Source of the DNA: Bacteroidota bacterium
GTDB lineage: Bacteria; Bacteroidota; Bacteroidia; CAILMK01; JAAYUY01
Assembly: GCA_018698135.1 (NCBI GenBank)
Contig: JABINZ010000274.1
Coordinates: forward strand, 7,686-71,685
Direction: 5' to 3'
DNA: 64,000 nt
The position numbers were made by a program, and so were the translations under genes. The notes under the pieces are model-generated. The model did not search any database and was not told the DNA's origin. It saw nothing but the letters and a program-made list of their open reading frames with translations. Below, one piece after another: positions 20,401-29,815 of this stretch (the stretch's first letter is position 1; each line of letters opens with the position of its first letter).

Positions 20401-23400
20401 ACAAGTCTGACTGGAGGAATAGCAAGCTTTACATCACTTAATTACAGTATGCCTACTGGTACTAGCTATATTTGGATAACATATGATATACCTGGCTCTG
20501 CAACTATTTTCGACACTGTTGACGCTAAAATTTCCGCAAATGGAATTAATATTGGAGGGATATTATATCCTACCACTGAACAAAATCCTACTGGCAAAAG
20601 GATCATTTTTACAAATTTCCAATACGATGCAGGTGTATCCTCTATCATTAGTCCGGCAGCCCCTTATTGTGATTTGACCCAGACGGTCAAGGTAAAACTC
20701 AATAACTATGGTGTTACCACCCTCACAAGCGATACCGTTCAGTGGACGATAAATGGCGTTGATCAATCATCTTACATCTGGACAGGAAGTCTGGCCACCG
20801 GTAACAGCAGCGAAATCGTTCTGGGAACTCATACATTCAGCATGGGAACTACCTATACCATCAAGGTATTTCCATCTTATATCAATGGAGTTTATCCAGA
20901 CAGTTATCATCAAAATGACACAGCCACACTTAGTTTTACCATATATCCAACTCCTGTAGCAAACTTTACTATTAATGATAATAACCAGTGCTTCAAAGGA
21001 AATTCATTTGAATTTAGCAATACAACAAGCATTGTATCAGGAAGCTACACAAGTAATTGGAGTTTTGGTGATGCCAATTATTCTACATCCATTTCACCTA
21101 CGCATTCCTACCAAAGTATCAATACTTTTCCTGTTACACTAATTGTCAGTTCAGCTTATGGCTGTACAGATAGTATCAGTAAAAATGTAATTCTAAAACC
21201 AAACCAAACTACTGCTTTTAGCATGAGTGATACAGCTATGTGCTATCAGGGAAATAGTTTTAGTTTTACAAATAACTCAACATTTGGGTATGGAACCCTC
21301 ACTAATTTATGGGATTTCGGAGATAATTCATCTTCGACAACTAGCTCTCCATCACATACATACAATTCTGAAGGCAACTATCAGGTAAAACTTGTTACAA
21401 CAAGCAACACAGGTTGCATCGATAGTTTAATAAAAACTGTTGATGTATATGTGCATCCGGTTACTTCATTCCAAATCACCACAGATTCAGCACAATGTTT
21501 GGGGAATAATTTATTTGTTTTCAATAATAGTTCAAGCATAAGCAGTGGAAGCTTTACTAGTTTGTGGAGTTTTGGAGACAACAGTTCCTCAACAAATACA
21601 TCTCCAACAAAATCTTACACTAACTTAGGAAACTATACTATTCAATTAGTAACCACTTCAGATTTTGGATGCACAGATAGTCAAAACAAAAGCATAATTG
21701 TTAGGACAAATCCAATAACTGATTTCTCCATAAATGATAGTTCTCAATGCATGAATAGTCACAGCTTTGTTTTTACAAATAATTCCAGCATTTCATCAGG
21801 AACATTTAATAACCTCTGGAATTTTGGAGATCAAACTACTTCAACAAACACATCCTTCACGAAAACCTATGCTTCTACAGGAATTTATGATGTGAAACTA
21901 GTTACAGAGTCAAATTATGGCTGCAAAGACAGTATCAGCAAAAAAGTATACGTGAGACCAAATGTAGGAACCTATTTTATTATCAACGATAGTGATCAAT
22001 GTTTAAATGCAAATTCCTTTATGTATAGTAATTATTCATCCATTATTTCCGGCACTTACACCAATAGCTGGGATTTTGGAGACAATACATTCAGTACGAG
22101 CAAATCACCTACAAAAAAGTATTTAGGTGTTGGCATCTATACTGTCAAATTAATAACCACTTCTAATTATGGATGTAAAGACAGTTTGAGTAGATTAGCC
22201 TATGTACGTCCACATCCTGTTGTTTCTTTTAGTATTAACGACAGTGCTCAATGTGTGAATGCAAATTTGTTTGACTTTACGAATAATACAACCATTTCAT
22301 CAGGTTCATTCAGTAATTCATGGGACTTTGGCGATTTTGATAAATCAACTCTGCACTCTCCTGCTCATGCTTATACAACTGAAGGAACTTTAAAAGTAAA
22401 GCTAACTGCAAGCTCCAATTATGGCTGCAAAGCAAGCAAGGAAAGAAGGATTATTATACATCCTCGTCCATTTTCATTTTTTACACAAGGAATGAATCCA
22501 CAATGTCTTCGCAGTAATTTATTTTATATGGATAACCATTCATCTGTCAGTTCTGGATCAATAACCAATACTTATTGGCAGTTTGGAGATGGAGACAGCA
22601 GTGATTTATACAACCCAAAACATAAATACCTTGCTTCAGGAAATTATACAATTCGGCTTAAAGTGGTTACCAGTTTTGGTTGCATCGATACTTCTTCACG
22701 AAAAGCAGATGTTATTCCTCAACCAGAGGCAGGTATGATTATTAGTGATACTGCACTTTGTTTCAGAAATAATGTCTTCAACTTTACTGATGATTCTAAA
22801 GCTACAAGCGGTTCAATTACTAATTATTTCTGGAATTTTGGTGATGGGAAATTCAATCTATTGCAAAATACTAGTCATTCCTATAAAAGCACAAAATCAT
22901 TTTTGATTACACATATTGTAACATCATCCAATGGATGCAAGGATACTGTTACTCAAATAATAGAAGTTCATCCGATGCCTGTAGCCATGTTTTCAATAAT
23001 GGATAGTATTCAATGCCAGCAAGGCAATTCCTTTGTTTTTGAAAATACTTCAACTTTTGCAGGAGATATGGATTATCAATGGACTTTTGGTGATGGAGAA
23101 ACATCAATAGATAGCAGTCCTGTACACTCTTATGATGCTTTTGGAAACTTTAAAGTAAAATTGATTTCAATTACGGCTGATAACTGTCCTGATACTATTG
23201 AAAATTCAATCATGGTGAAACAATCTCCAAAAATCAATCTGGGTAATGATACTACACTTTATCACAATCAATCTATTAAATTAAATGCTGGAAATGGCTT
23301 TGATTCCTATTTATGGTCTAATAGCAAAACAACAAGCAGCATTGTAATTGATACTACAGAAATAGGATTGGATAATCCTACAATATTCTGGGTGAAGGCT

Positions 23401-23718
23401 TTGATAGATGACTGTGACGGATATGATTCAGTCACGATTACTTTCATTCATAATGTTTCTATTAATGATCCACAAAACAATTTCGATTTATTGATTTATC
23501 CGAATCCTACTAAAGATTTTATTTACATAGAATCGAATAAAATATTGAAGGATGTTACAATAAGTCTAACTGATTTAAATGGCAAACTGTTGAGGAAAGA
23601 AATCTTTAATAATGAGAATCAAAAGTTGATCGACATGAGAGTACTGGCGAACGGCATATACTTCATTAACCTGAACAGTAATGAAAAAACTGAAGTGGTA
23701 AAAATTATTAAATATTGA
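17425..23718 (+). CDS. Giant T9SS-secreted protein with SBBP beta-propeller repeats and about 10 tandem PKD domains, ending in a Por_Secre_tail
   Basis: Likely start is the Met at 17425 (MILHYSFKNSKFSNYVALIIMFCIISVNCSLG signal peptide). The ORF track extends to 17278. Repeated …W.TYYGGS..D.G..I..D..GN.YV.G.T.S…G.YQ…GG..D.F(V/L)AKF…G…WGTY… units match SBBP propeller repeats. PKD consensus …NxSxI/SSG…WxFGDxxxSTxxSPxHxY…GxYxV.L..TSxxGCxDS… repeated about 10 times. C-terminus LLIYPNPTKDFIYIES…GIYFINLNSNEKTEVVKIIKY. Confidence 0.8.
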   Translation: MILHYSFKNSKFSNYVALIIMFCIISVNCSLGQSIKPTSFRQEAPSLGFIENKGQIIDQNNKQNPDVKYLLNLPGLNVQLKANSFSYDCYVIKQKEHASTSLFDDLQEDDIIERYAVSQRIDIEFIGANTSPQIICENPAGDYLNYYTTSLAESGATLVKHFEKVSYINLYPGIDLVFIAQAGTKTPVEYKFILHPGADLSVIRWKYIGSENNILKDGKVNIQTTHGILHESIPYSYEFETGRFINIEYKELKNNIFGFDGSYNTQNTLVIDPVPDVVWASYYGSSGRDKVNGVATDSAGNVYITGETTSTTNIATSGSHLSSYAGGAVHYNWGGDAYVAKLDANGSRVWGTYYGGSDNDQGNAIVTNKDGDSYVAGCAESTSGIATTGAFQASRASSSYHNPFLAKFNSAGSRQWGTYFASGGNDHTGLNTLALDKSGHVYIAGSANCVGSCQSITTTGAYQTQNSASGTGNAYNDAFVAKFSPSGSLVWGTYFGGNRGSNQASHDQADAVFVDDSNYVYIAGSCESSVGIASTGAHQTSFGGSVGSKDGFIAKINSTGTQVMWATYYGGSSNDYCRGVIADDSGYVYASGISASSSAISTSGSYQASHAGGSYDAFLVKFDQSGTRQWGTYFGGGGTEVFSKLSQNSNGDLIVTGYLDSISSISGLATTGSYQTTYGGGSQDGLIVKFTTSGSPIWCSYFGGSLQDMIYSNTVDTIGNIYISGLTFSTNAIATSGTHSTSQSGQEDGFVAKIQDQLPIMLESTSCIQPDTSATPAGTLNKMIIGIKVNTTGGLAAAKITQFKFDTAGIFNYANINGTAKVYYTANIDTFNTSNLFDSTASTPSSTFTISGSQILDTGSVYFWLTLDIKFNATVGEYLDAQCIEIKWDSAGNTVTNTPIISSPAGDIRIIAPLKKLNSISFSQPTVDYVYRYSTDNPILRVDLNVIGTGGTLPLNQLEVAANNTDNSDVSDVKLYFTTSAVFSKANMIGSATSLTGGIASFTSLNYSMPTGTSYIWITYDIPGSATIFDTVDAKISANGINIGGILYPTTEQNPTGKRIIFTNFQYDAGVSSIISPAAPYCDLTQTVKVKLNNYGVTTLTSDTVQWTINGVDQSSYIWTGSLATGNSSEIVLGTHTFSMGTTYTIKVFPSYINGVYPDSYHQNDTATLSFTIYPTPVANFTINDNNQCFKGNSFEFSNTTSIVSGSYTSNWSFGDANYSTSISPTHSYQSINTFPVTLIVSSAYGCTDSISKNVILKPNQTTAFSMSDTAMCYQGNSFSFTNNSTFGYGTLTNLWDFGDNSSSTTSSPSHTYNSEGNYQVKLVTTSNTGCIDSLIKTVDVYVHPVTSFQITTDSAQCLGNNLFVFNNSSSISSGSFTSLWSFGDNSSSTNTSPTKSYTNLGNYTIQLVTTSDFGCTDSQNKSIIVRTNPITDFSINDSSQCMNSHSFVFTNNSSISSGTFNNLWNFGDQTTSTNTSFTKTYASTGIYDVKLVTESNYGCKDSISKKVYVRPNVGTYFIINDSDQCLNANSFMYSNYSSIISGTYTNSWDFGDNTFSTSKSPTKKYLGVGIYTVKLITTSNYGCKDSLSRLAYVRPHPVVSFSINDSAQCVNANLFDFTNNTTISSGSFSNSWDFGDFDKSTLHSPAHAYTTEGTLKVKLTASSNYGCKASKERRIIIHPRPFSFFTQGMNPQCLRSNLFYMDNHSSVSSGSITNTYWQFGDGDSSDLYNPKHKYLASGNYTIRLKVVTSFGCIDTSSRKADVIPQPEAGMIISDTALCFRNNVFNFTDDSKATSGSITNYFWNFGDGKFNLLQNTSHSYKSTKSFLITHIVTSSNGCKDTVTQIIEVHPMPVAMFSIMDSIQCQQGNSFVFENTSTFAGDMDYQWTFGDGETSIDSSPVHSYDAFGNFKVKLISITADNCPDTIENSIMVKQSPKINLGNDTTLYHNQSIKLNAGNGFDSYLWSNSKTTSSIVIDTTEIGLDNPTIFWVKALIDDCDGYDSVTITFIHNVSINDPQNNFDLLIYPNPTKDFIYIESNKILKDVTISLTDLNGKLLRKEIFNNENQKLIDMRVLANGIYFINLNSNEKTEVVKIIKY
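20940..23220 (+). repeat. Intragenic tandem array of about 10 PKD-domain-encoding units (about 270-300 nt each)
   Basis: Periodic recurrence of the FGD(N/G)xxS…SP(T/S)(H/K)xY…GCxDS motif in the translation. DNA units are diverged but clearly periodic. Confidence 0.6.
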
Positions 23719-25533
23719 TTATTTGGTAGAAGAAGTGAATTCTGCGAACTGCAGTTCACTTAAATTGCGATAGATTCCACTTTCAACCTGCATGAGTTCG
23801 TCATGAGTTCCTTTTTCAGCAAGATGACCTTGATCCAATACAATAATCTGATCAGCAGCCCTAACTGTGGATAAACGATGAGCAATAACTATAGAAGTTC
23901 GTCCTTGCATTAAAACTTCTAAAGCATTTTGTACCAGCCTTTCTGATTCAGAATCCAATGAGGATGTAGCTTCATCTAAAATTAATATTTTAGGATCTTT
24001 TAATATAGCTCTGGCAATAGCTACTCTTTGACGTTGTCCCCCTGATAATTGGGTTCCTCTCTCTCCTACTATAGTATCCAGTTTCTCTGGGAATTTTTCA
24101 ACAAACTCCCAGCAATTAGCTTTTTTAGCAGCTTCAACAATTTCTTCATCAGTTGCATTTGGCTTACCGTATCCAATATTTTCCTTAATGCTGCCACCAA
24201 ATAAAAATATATCCTGAGGAACCAAAGCTATTTGTGCCCGCAATTGAGATAATGGAATTTCGCTGAATTTTAACCGATCATAAAAAAGATTTCCTTCATC
24301 AGGGTTATAAAGACGAAGTAATAAAGCAGCAATTGTAGATTTTCCAGCACCACTTGGTCCTACTAAAGCAATTAGCTGATTAGCTTTAATATCCAAATTA
24401 AGATCGTTTATTACAGTATCTTCTTTTCGAGAAGGATATGAAAATGACAGATTTTCAATCTTAATTTCACCTTTTAATTCATATGCTGAATCAATATGAA
24501 TATCATCACTTATTTCTTCTGTATCATTTTCTAGAATTTCAAAAAGATCTTCAGTAGCTCCAACAAATCGTTGAATCCGTGTAATAACAGCTGCCATTCC
24601 TCCAATATTACCAGCAATCAGAAAAGTATAAAAAAGAAATCCTACCAAATCGCCTACATTAATTTCACCTGCGCTTACCATTATTGATCCCTTCCAAATT
24701 ACAGCTATGATAGCTCCCATCATGGCCACCCCTAGAAAAGAATGAAAATCTCCTCTATACTTTCCATTTGTAATTCCAAACTTAACAACCTCTTTGATTT
24801 TTTTAGCATAACGTGCTATTTCAAACATTTCATTTGTATAGGATTTTACACTTCTTATTCCTTGTAAAGTTTCTTCAACAATTACGTTAGATTCAGCTAC
24901 TCCTTTTTGCGCTTTCCGAGATAAATTCCTGATAAATTTACCAAAGAAATAAACCAGAATCATTGTAACAGGAACAATAGCTAACATGAATAATGTCAGT
25001 TTTGGAGAATCAAACAATAATATTGTTACTGCTCCTAATACTATAATTAGTTGTCTGAGTAAATCAGCAAGCGATGATGTAAATGCTTCATGAACTAACG
25101 AAATATCGGCTGAAATACGGCTATTCAGTTCTCCTACTCTATTTTTATCAAAAAAGCTCAATGGAAGTTTTAATATATGATTGTATGTATTCTTTCGAAT
25201 ATCAGCAACACTTTTTTCTGTAACTCTTGTAAAAAGAACTACTCTTATGTAGGAAAAAATAGCTTGAACGACCAGAACTATGGCTAGAATAAGTATAATT
25301 CGATTAAGCTCAGATGTTAACCCTCCTTCATTTCCAATATTAACAATATTCCCTAATAATTTTGGAGCCACCAGATTAGCCAAACTACTGATTAATAAAA
25401 GCAGCAATCCAAGTGCATATTCAAACTTATAGGGTTTGATGTAACTGAAAAGTTTCCATACATCATTGAATCCTTGTTTACTGAATTTTTTCTTGTTTAG
25501 ATGGCTGTAGTCTGTTGAACTATGATGAGGCAT
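23719..25533 (-). CDS. ABC transporter, fused permease + ATP-binding (exporter type, MsbA-like)
   Basis: 604 aa. Six N-terminal TM helices. Walker A GPSGAGKST, ABC signature LSGGQRQRVAIARA, Walker B ILILDEATSSLD, H-loop IAHRLST. Confidence 0.85.
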   Translation of the reverse strand: MPHHSSTDYSHLNKKKFSKQGFNDVWKLFSYIKPYKFEYALGLLLLLISSLANLVAPKLLGNIVNIGNEGGLTSELNRIILILAIVLVVQAIFSYIRVVLFTRVTEKSVADIRKNTYNHILKLPLSFFDKNRVGELNSRISADISLVHEAFTSSLADLLRQLIIVLGAVTILLFDSPKLTLFMLAIVPVTMILVYFFGKFIRNLSRKAQKGVAESNVIVEETLQGIRSVKSYTNEMFEIARYAKKIKEVVKFGITNGKYRGDFHSFLGVAMMGAIIAVIWKGSIMVSAGEINVGDLVGFLFYTFLIAGNIGGMAAVITRIQRFVGATEDLFEILENDTEEISDDIHIDSAYELKGEIKIENLSFSYPSRKEDTVINDLNLDIKANQLIALVGPSGAGKSTIAALLLRLYNPDEGNLFYDRLKFSEIPLSQLRAQIALVPQDIFLFGGSIKENIGYGKPNATDEEIVEAAKKANCWEFVEKFPEKLDTIVGERGTQLSGGQRQRVAIARAILKDPKILILDEATSSLDSESERLVQNALEVLMQGRTSIVIAHRLSTVRAADQIIVLDQGHLAEKGTHDELMQVESGIYRNLSELQFAEFTSSTK

Positions 25534-25621
25534 AATAAAGTCTTAATTGAGCCTATCAATTAACAATTAGTATGCAAATGTTAAGAACTAGAAATTATGG
25601 CAGTAATTGAAGAGAAATTAA

Positions 25622-25655
25622 TTAAAAAACGCCAAAACCACGTTGAATTCAAACG
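25622..25655 (-). terminator. Possible intrinsic terminator downstream of the DUF4878-like lipoprotein gene
   Basis: Near-palindrome CGTTGAATTCAAACG at 25641..25655. On the minus strand it is followed by a U-rich run (complement of AAAAAACGCCAAAACCA). The stem is short with a bulge. Confidence 0.3.
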
Positions 25656-25682
25656 AAGTTTCAGCGTTAGAATAAATGTAAA

Positions 25683-26078
25683 TTAATTCATTTTAAGCTT
25701 CCAATCATCTCCGTCTTTCTGAAGCCGATATTTCTCTGTATTTTCATCTCCATTACCATAGATAAATTTCATTTCGACTTTTGCAGTTTCTCCATCTTCT
25801 GCAATTTCCTCACTTATAACTTCCATTGACTTAATTCCTTCCTTTTTATCCATTTCAGCTTTCCCCATGGCTAATAAACCGGACAATTTTGTCTTTGAAT
25901 CTTCATCCATTTCCTGACCACCTAAATACAAATAGTCAAATGCAGCTTCATAATCAGCTTTTTCAACTTTTTCAACAAATGATTTTACTGTGTCTGAAGG
26001 TTCTGCTCCTCCACCACCGCATGATACTAATGCGAAAAAAGACACTACAATAAGCATTGATACTAATGATCTTAACAT
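25683..26078 (-). CDS. Small lipoprotein (DUF4878-like)
   Basis: 131 aa. MLRSLVSMLIVVSFFALVSCGGGG lipobox. Acidic small domain. Family assignment from memory only. Confidence 0.45.
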   Translation of the reverse strand: MLRSLVSMLIVVSFFALVSCGGGGAEPSDTVKSFVEKVEKADYEAAFDYLYLGGQEMDEDSKTKLSGLLAMGKAEMDKKEGIKSMEVISEEIAEDGETAKVEMKFIYGNGDENTEKYRLQKDGDDWKLKMN

Positions 26079-26106
26079 TGTTTAGTTTTTATAGATTATT
26101 AAAAAA

Positions 26107-26772
26107 TTAGAATTCATATATTTTTGTTAAATGTGTGCTTTTTATAAAGCTACCAGGCAGTATAAAATCGCCTCCAACTACTGGAATTTGCAGCAAATCG
26201 AACTGATTATCGATTAAATCAATATCAATCAGTTTATATAGTTTCCAAATCAATTCAGTACAATACATTTTTCTATCAGAAGACAAATCATATTCATTGT
26301 CAAATTCAACCTTGTCTTTATATAAACAAACTGCTTTATTGGCTATTTTCTGTAGTTCAAAGAAGCTTGTTTCAGTACATCTATAAACACCTATTTTTGA
26401 AGCCTTGTTCCCTGCAACAAATGAATTTATTGATTCATTTATCAAATAATCGATACCAGATTCAGACTCACCTGGAACAGCATGTATAACATTAAATTGA
26501 TTGTTTGTGTTTACAACAATACCCACATGAGAGTATTCAGTACTTCTATCCGTCACTAATACTGCCTGACTTGCAAGACTTCTTCCTTTGCGGAAAATCA
26601 AATCACCACCATGTAGGTTTGCATGGAGCAGGAATTGATCTTTATTTTTTTGTATTAATTGATCCCTTTCAACCTTTTTGTAAATAATAAAAAGTCCAAC
26701 AACAGAAGCTATGACAATTATTAGAATTAGCAAATATCGCTTATGTAAGAAAAATCCATTATTATTACTCAC
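26107..26772 (-). CDS. YiiX-like permuted papain-fold (NlpC/P60-related) putative amidase/peptidase with N-terminal TM anchor
   Basis: 221 aa. N-terminal TM helix. GDLIF…, …YSHVGIVV…, …HA…, …C… order suggests a permuted His/Cys papain-like fold of the YiiX/DUF830 type. Confidence 0.4.
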   Translation of the reverse strand: MSNNNGFFLHKRYLLILIIVIASVVGLFIIYKKVERDQLIQKNKDQFLLHANLHGGDLIFRKGRSLASQAVLVTDRSTEYSHVGIVVNTNNQFNVIHAVPGESESGIDYLINESINSFVAGNKASKIGVYRCTETSFFELQKIANKAVCLYKDKVEFDNEYDLSSDRKMYCTELIWKLYKLIDIDLIDNQFDLLQIPVVGGDFILPGSFIKSTHLTKIYEF

Positions 26773-26899
26773 TATGTAAATGTATCATTTTTATTTTGAT
26801 TCATTCAATAATAATTAAATATTTATATTAATTAAAAATACACATATTTAAATTTATGATTATATTAAAGTATCAATAGTGAAGAGTATTGAACAAATA

Positions 26900-28537
26900 T
26901 TAAAAGAATCCAAATATCCCATTAGGGGTATATCCTAAAAACCTCAACCATGTTTCTCCTAATATCATAAAAAGAATCCATGTTATTCCCATCATAGTAA
27001 TACCATATTTGAATGTATCAGACCAACTATATTGATCAGTGCTATATAGTAATAAAGCTGGCTTACTGTTAAAAGGAAGAACGTAAACATGTTCAATAAG
27101 CAAAGCTACAGGAAAAGCAAGGCTCAATACCGGATAACCAAATTTTTGTGCAACACCAATTGCAATCGGCACAAAAATCAATGTACGCATTGTTTTCGAC
27201 TGGAAGATTAGAGCACTAAAGAGCATTGTAAATGTAAGTATTAAATATAAAACGCCAAATGGTGTACTATTATTAAAACCCAGACCATCAAAAACTGCAT
27301 TAACACTTATTGAAGGGAGGTCTGTTACCTTAAATCCAGCTCCTAGTGTATATGCTCCTGCTGAGAACAATAACAAATGCCAAGGAATATCAACTTCATT
27401 CCATTTTACAACACCAATTTTCGGTAATAATGATACAACTGCTCCAAGAAATGCTACAGCAGTTGGGCTAATTCCATGATATTTATCGGTTGTCCATAAT
27501 GCAAGCACAGCAACAAAAATTGCAACGGACCTAACTTCTTCAAAACTCACTTTCCCCATTTTTGAAAGCTCATCTTTCAGCTTCTCCATTCCTCCCTTGA
27601 TTTGAGGAACTCGTTCCTCCTTCTTTATTGGGAAAATAAACTTAGTTCCGACAAATAAACCAATAATCATAAGGGCTAAGGAAATTGGGAATGCAACTAT
27701 CATCCAATCTGTAAAAAAAATATCAGATCCAATAGCTCCACCAATTAGTGCAGCTGCTAAGAGATTGGCTCCAGATCCAGTAACAAAAGCTCCTGCACCC
27801 ATATTAATTTGCAACAAATTCTGTAGAACCAAGTTTCTGCCAAAATTATTTTTGTCCTTACCACCAGTAGCACCATATACTGCAGCAATAACCATAAAGA
27901 TCGGTAATAAAATAGCTGCCTTTGCAGTTGTTGCAGAAATAAAAGCAGAAAGAATTAAGTTGATCACAATAAAACTGACAAAAATTGAAGATGCATTTTT
28001 GCCAAACTTAATGATAAACCATAAGGCAAATCGTTTGGCAACACCCGTCTTTACCAGCATACTTGCCAATACAAACGATAAGATATTTAACCACATTACT
28101 TTATGTCCTAATTGATGATAGGCATCAACTTCTGAAAGCACATTGGTTAAAACTAATGCAATAATAAGTATCAAGGATGTTAAGTAATTTGGTATAGCTT
28201 CTGTTATCCATAAAATGATGGCAGCTAAAAAGATGGCCAGCATTGAAATATTTGTCGAGGTAAATGCTTCTGATCCAATGGCATCATATACGGTTCTTGC
28301 TTTATCACTTAATGTTGATGGATCAATATTATGCAAGAATGATAAATCTGCAAAATAGTTTAAAAAAACAAACACAATAATGGCTAGTGGAGCACCAGCA
28401 ATCAACAAAATCTTTTCAAACTTTGACCGCTCTCGCTGAGGCAACTTATTCAAGTGATAATTCCTCATGTCCAATGGATCAAATCCATTCCCATTTAATT
28501 GCTCATTATTATCTATCTGTCCTTTCTTGCTTTGCAT
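26900..28537 (-). CDS. SLC13/DASS-family (ion-transporter superfamily) anion:cation symporter
   Basis: 545 aa polytopic membrane protein with two-fold internal symmetry. ILWITEAIP and a second …LP(K/F)…GAG… repeat unit resemble DASS/SLC13 permeases. Confidence 0.55.
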   Translation of the reverse strand: MQSKKGQIDNNEQLNGNGFDPLDMRNYHLNKLPQRERSKFEKILLIAGAPLAIIVFVFLNYFADLSFLHNIDPSTLSDKARTVYDAIGSEAFTSTNISMLAIFLAAIILWITEAIPNYLTSLILIIALVLTNVLSEVDAYHQLGHKVMWLNILSFVLASMLVKTGVAKRFALWFIIKFGKNASSIFVSFIVINLILSAFISATTAKAAILLPIFMVIAAVYGATGGKDKNNFGRNLVLQNLLQINMGAGAFVTGSGANLLAAALIGGAIGSDIFFTDWMIVAFPISLALMIIGLFVGTKFIFPIKKEERVPQIKGGMEKLKDELSKMGKVSFEEVRSVAIFVAVLALWTTDKYHGISPTAVAFLGAVVSLLPKIGVVKWNEVDIPWHLLLFSAGAYTLGAGFKVTDLPSISVNAVFDGLGFNNSTPFGVLYLILTFTMLFSALIFQSKTMRTLIFVPIAIGVAQKFGYPVLSLAFPVALLIEHVYVLPFNSKPALLLYSTDQYSWSDTFKYGITMMGITWILFMILGETWLRFLGYTPNGIFGFF

Positions 28538-28599
28538 TGAATAAAATTTTGCATTGAATACAAAAAACCAACTTCTCTAGTAACAAATACTAGTGCTGC

Positions 28600-29067
28600 T
28601 TACCATTTAGAATATGGATTTTTCATCAACATAGAATTGTAATATTTTACATCTCCTGTTACTTCCTCTCCTAACCATACAGGCTTTTCAAATGTTTCGT
28701 CCTCTGAGTTTAGTTCTACTTCAGCTATTGTTAAACCTTCATTTTCTCCATAAAACTCATCTACTTCAAAAGTGTGTTTTCCTGCCTTCACTAAAAACCG
28801 AGTTTTATCTATTACACCAGGCTCACATATTTCGAGCAATTGTTGAGCTTCTTCGACTGGAATTACCTTTTCCCATTCATAGCGTGATGCACCTGACTTG
28901 CTCCCAATTCCTTTAACAGTAATAAATCCATTTTCACCTTTAATCCTTACACGAACTGTTCGCTCTGGAATTGATGATAAATAACCTTGAGTTATACGAA
29001 CCTGCTTAACTGCTAGGGCTTTAAATTCTCCTTTAACATGAAACTTACGTTCTATTTCTTGTGCCAT
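28600..29067 (-). CDS. CYTH-domain protein (triphosphate tunnel metalloenzyme; class-IV adenylate cyclase / thiamine-triphosphatase family)
   Basis: 155 aa. N-terminal EIERKF (ExExK) motif. Downstream …RVRIKGENGFITVKG…, …YEWEKVI…, …DKTRFLV…, …FEVDEF…, …IAEVEL… match the conserved charged beta-strand pattern of CYTH/TTM proteins. Confidence 0.75.
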   Translation of the reverse strand: MAQEIERKFHVKGEFKALAVKQVRITQGYLSSIPERTVRVRIKGENGFITVKGIGSKSGASRYEWEKVIPVEEAQQLLEICEPGVIDKTRFLVKAGKHTFEVDEFYGENEGLTIAEVELNSEDETFEKPVWLGEEVTGDVKYYNSMLMKNPYSKW

Positions 29068-29093
29068 ATCACTTAATTTATAACTATTACTAA

Positions 29094-29771
29094 TTATTCG
29101 TTTGCTAAAGGATCATCAATCATCCCTATAACTCGTTTAATTGCTTGCAAGTAGTTGATATTTTCAACACCTTCAAGTCCAAGATCTGCAATTGTTTTTT
29201 TGATATCATCCACTTCAGTTGACTCAGAATTAATTGATACTACTTTTGCACCATTGATAAGTACATTTGCATACTCACAAATTGTATCATTCACCATATA
29301 TCCAAACCTATGTTTGTAAACACGTACTGCTTGAAGATCTTTGTTTTCAATAATCATTGCAAGGAATTCGTCTAAAGTATATTCATCCTTTTCTAAAACA
29401 GGCATTTCAACCATAAACGCTGGAAAGACCTCTTCTTCAAGCACATTTTTTTTCATAGGAAACTCACCTTTCATTAATGGATTCCACTGTTCCAAACCAT
29501 CAACAGTTTGTACATAGGTTTTAATATCCATCTTACCATCACGTATTTTGGTGTTATTAATATTGTTAGTACGTGATAATATATATATTTCGTTTGAACT
29601 TCGCTCCCACACTTTTTTTGGTACTGGTACTGATAAGCGTACCATTAGTTTGTAAGCTTCGTCAAAAGACTGTCCAAATGATCTAAATTCAAATCTTGGT
29701 TTTGACTGTTCGCCAATTTTCATTTCTTTTTTTGTCATTTTAATCCTTTTTGCTTGACTGGATGTTAACAA
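29094..29771 (-). CDS. Uncharacterised protein, tandem paralog B (possible divergent CYTH-like fold)
   Basis: About 45% identical to the product of 29816..30454 (shared KPRFEFR(S/A)FG, …KIR…MDIK…, …GEFPMK…, …EVFPAF…, …YTL..FL…, …ICE.A.V.INGA…, …NY..AIKRVIG…). The true start is probably an internal Met (MTKKEMKIGEQSKPRFEF… or MKIGEQ…). Confidence 0.5.
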   Translation of the reverse strand: MLTSSQAKRIKMTKKEMKIGEQSKPRFEFRSFGQSFDEAYKLMVRLSVPVPKKVWERSSNEIYILSRTNNINNTKIRDGKMDIKTYVQTVDGLEQWNPLMKGEFPMKKNVLEEEVFPAFMVEMPVLEKDEYTLDEFLAMIIENKDLQAVRVYKHRFGYMVNDTICEYANVLINGAKVVSINSESTEVDDIKKTIADLGLEGVENINYLQAIKRVIGMIDDPLANE

Positions 29772-29815
29772 TTCAATTATTACTAACTACTTAAAGTCAA
29801 AATAGTGAACTTCTT

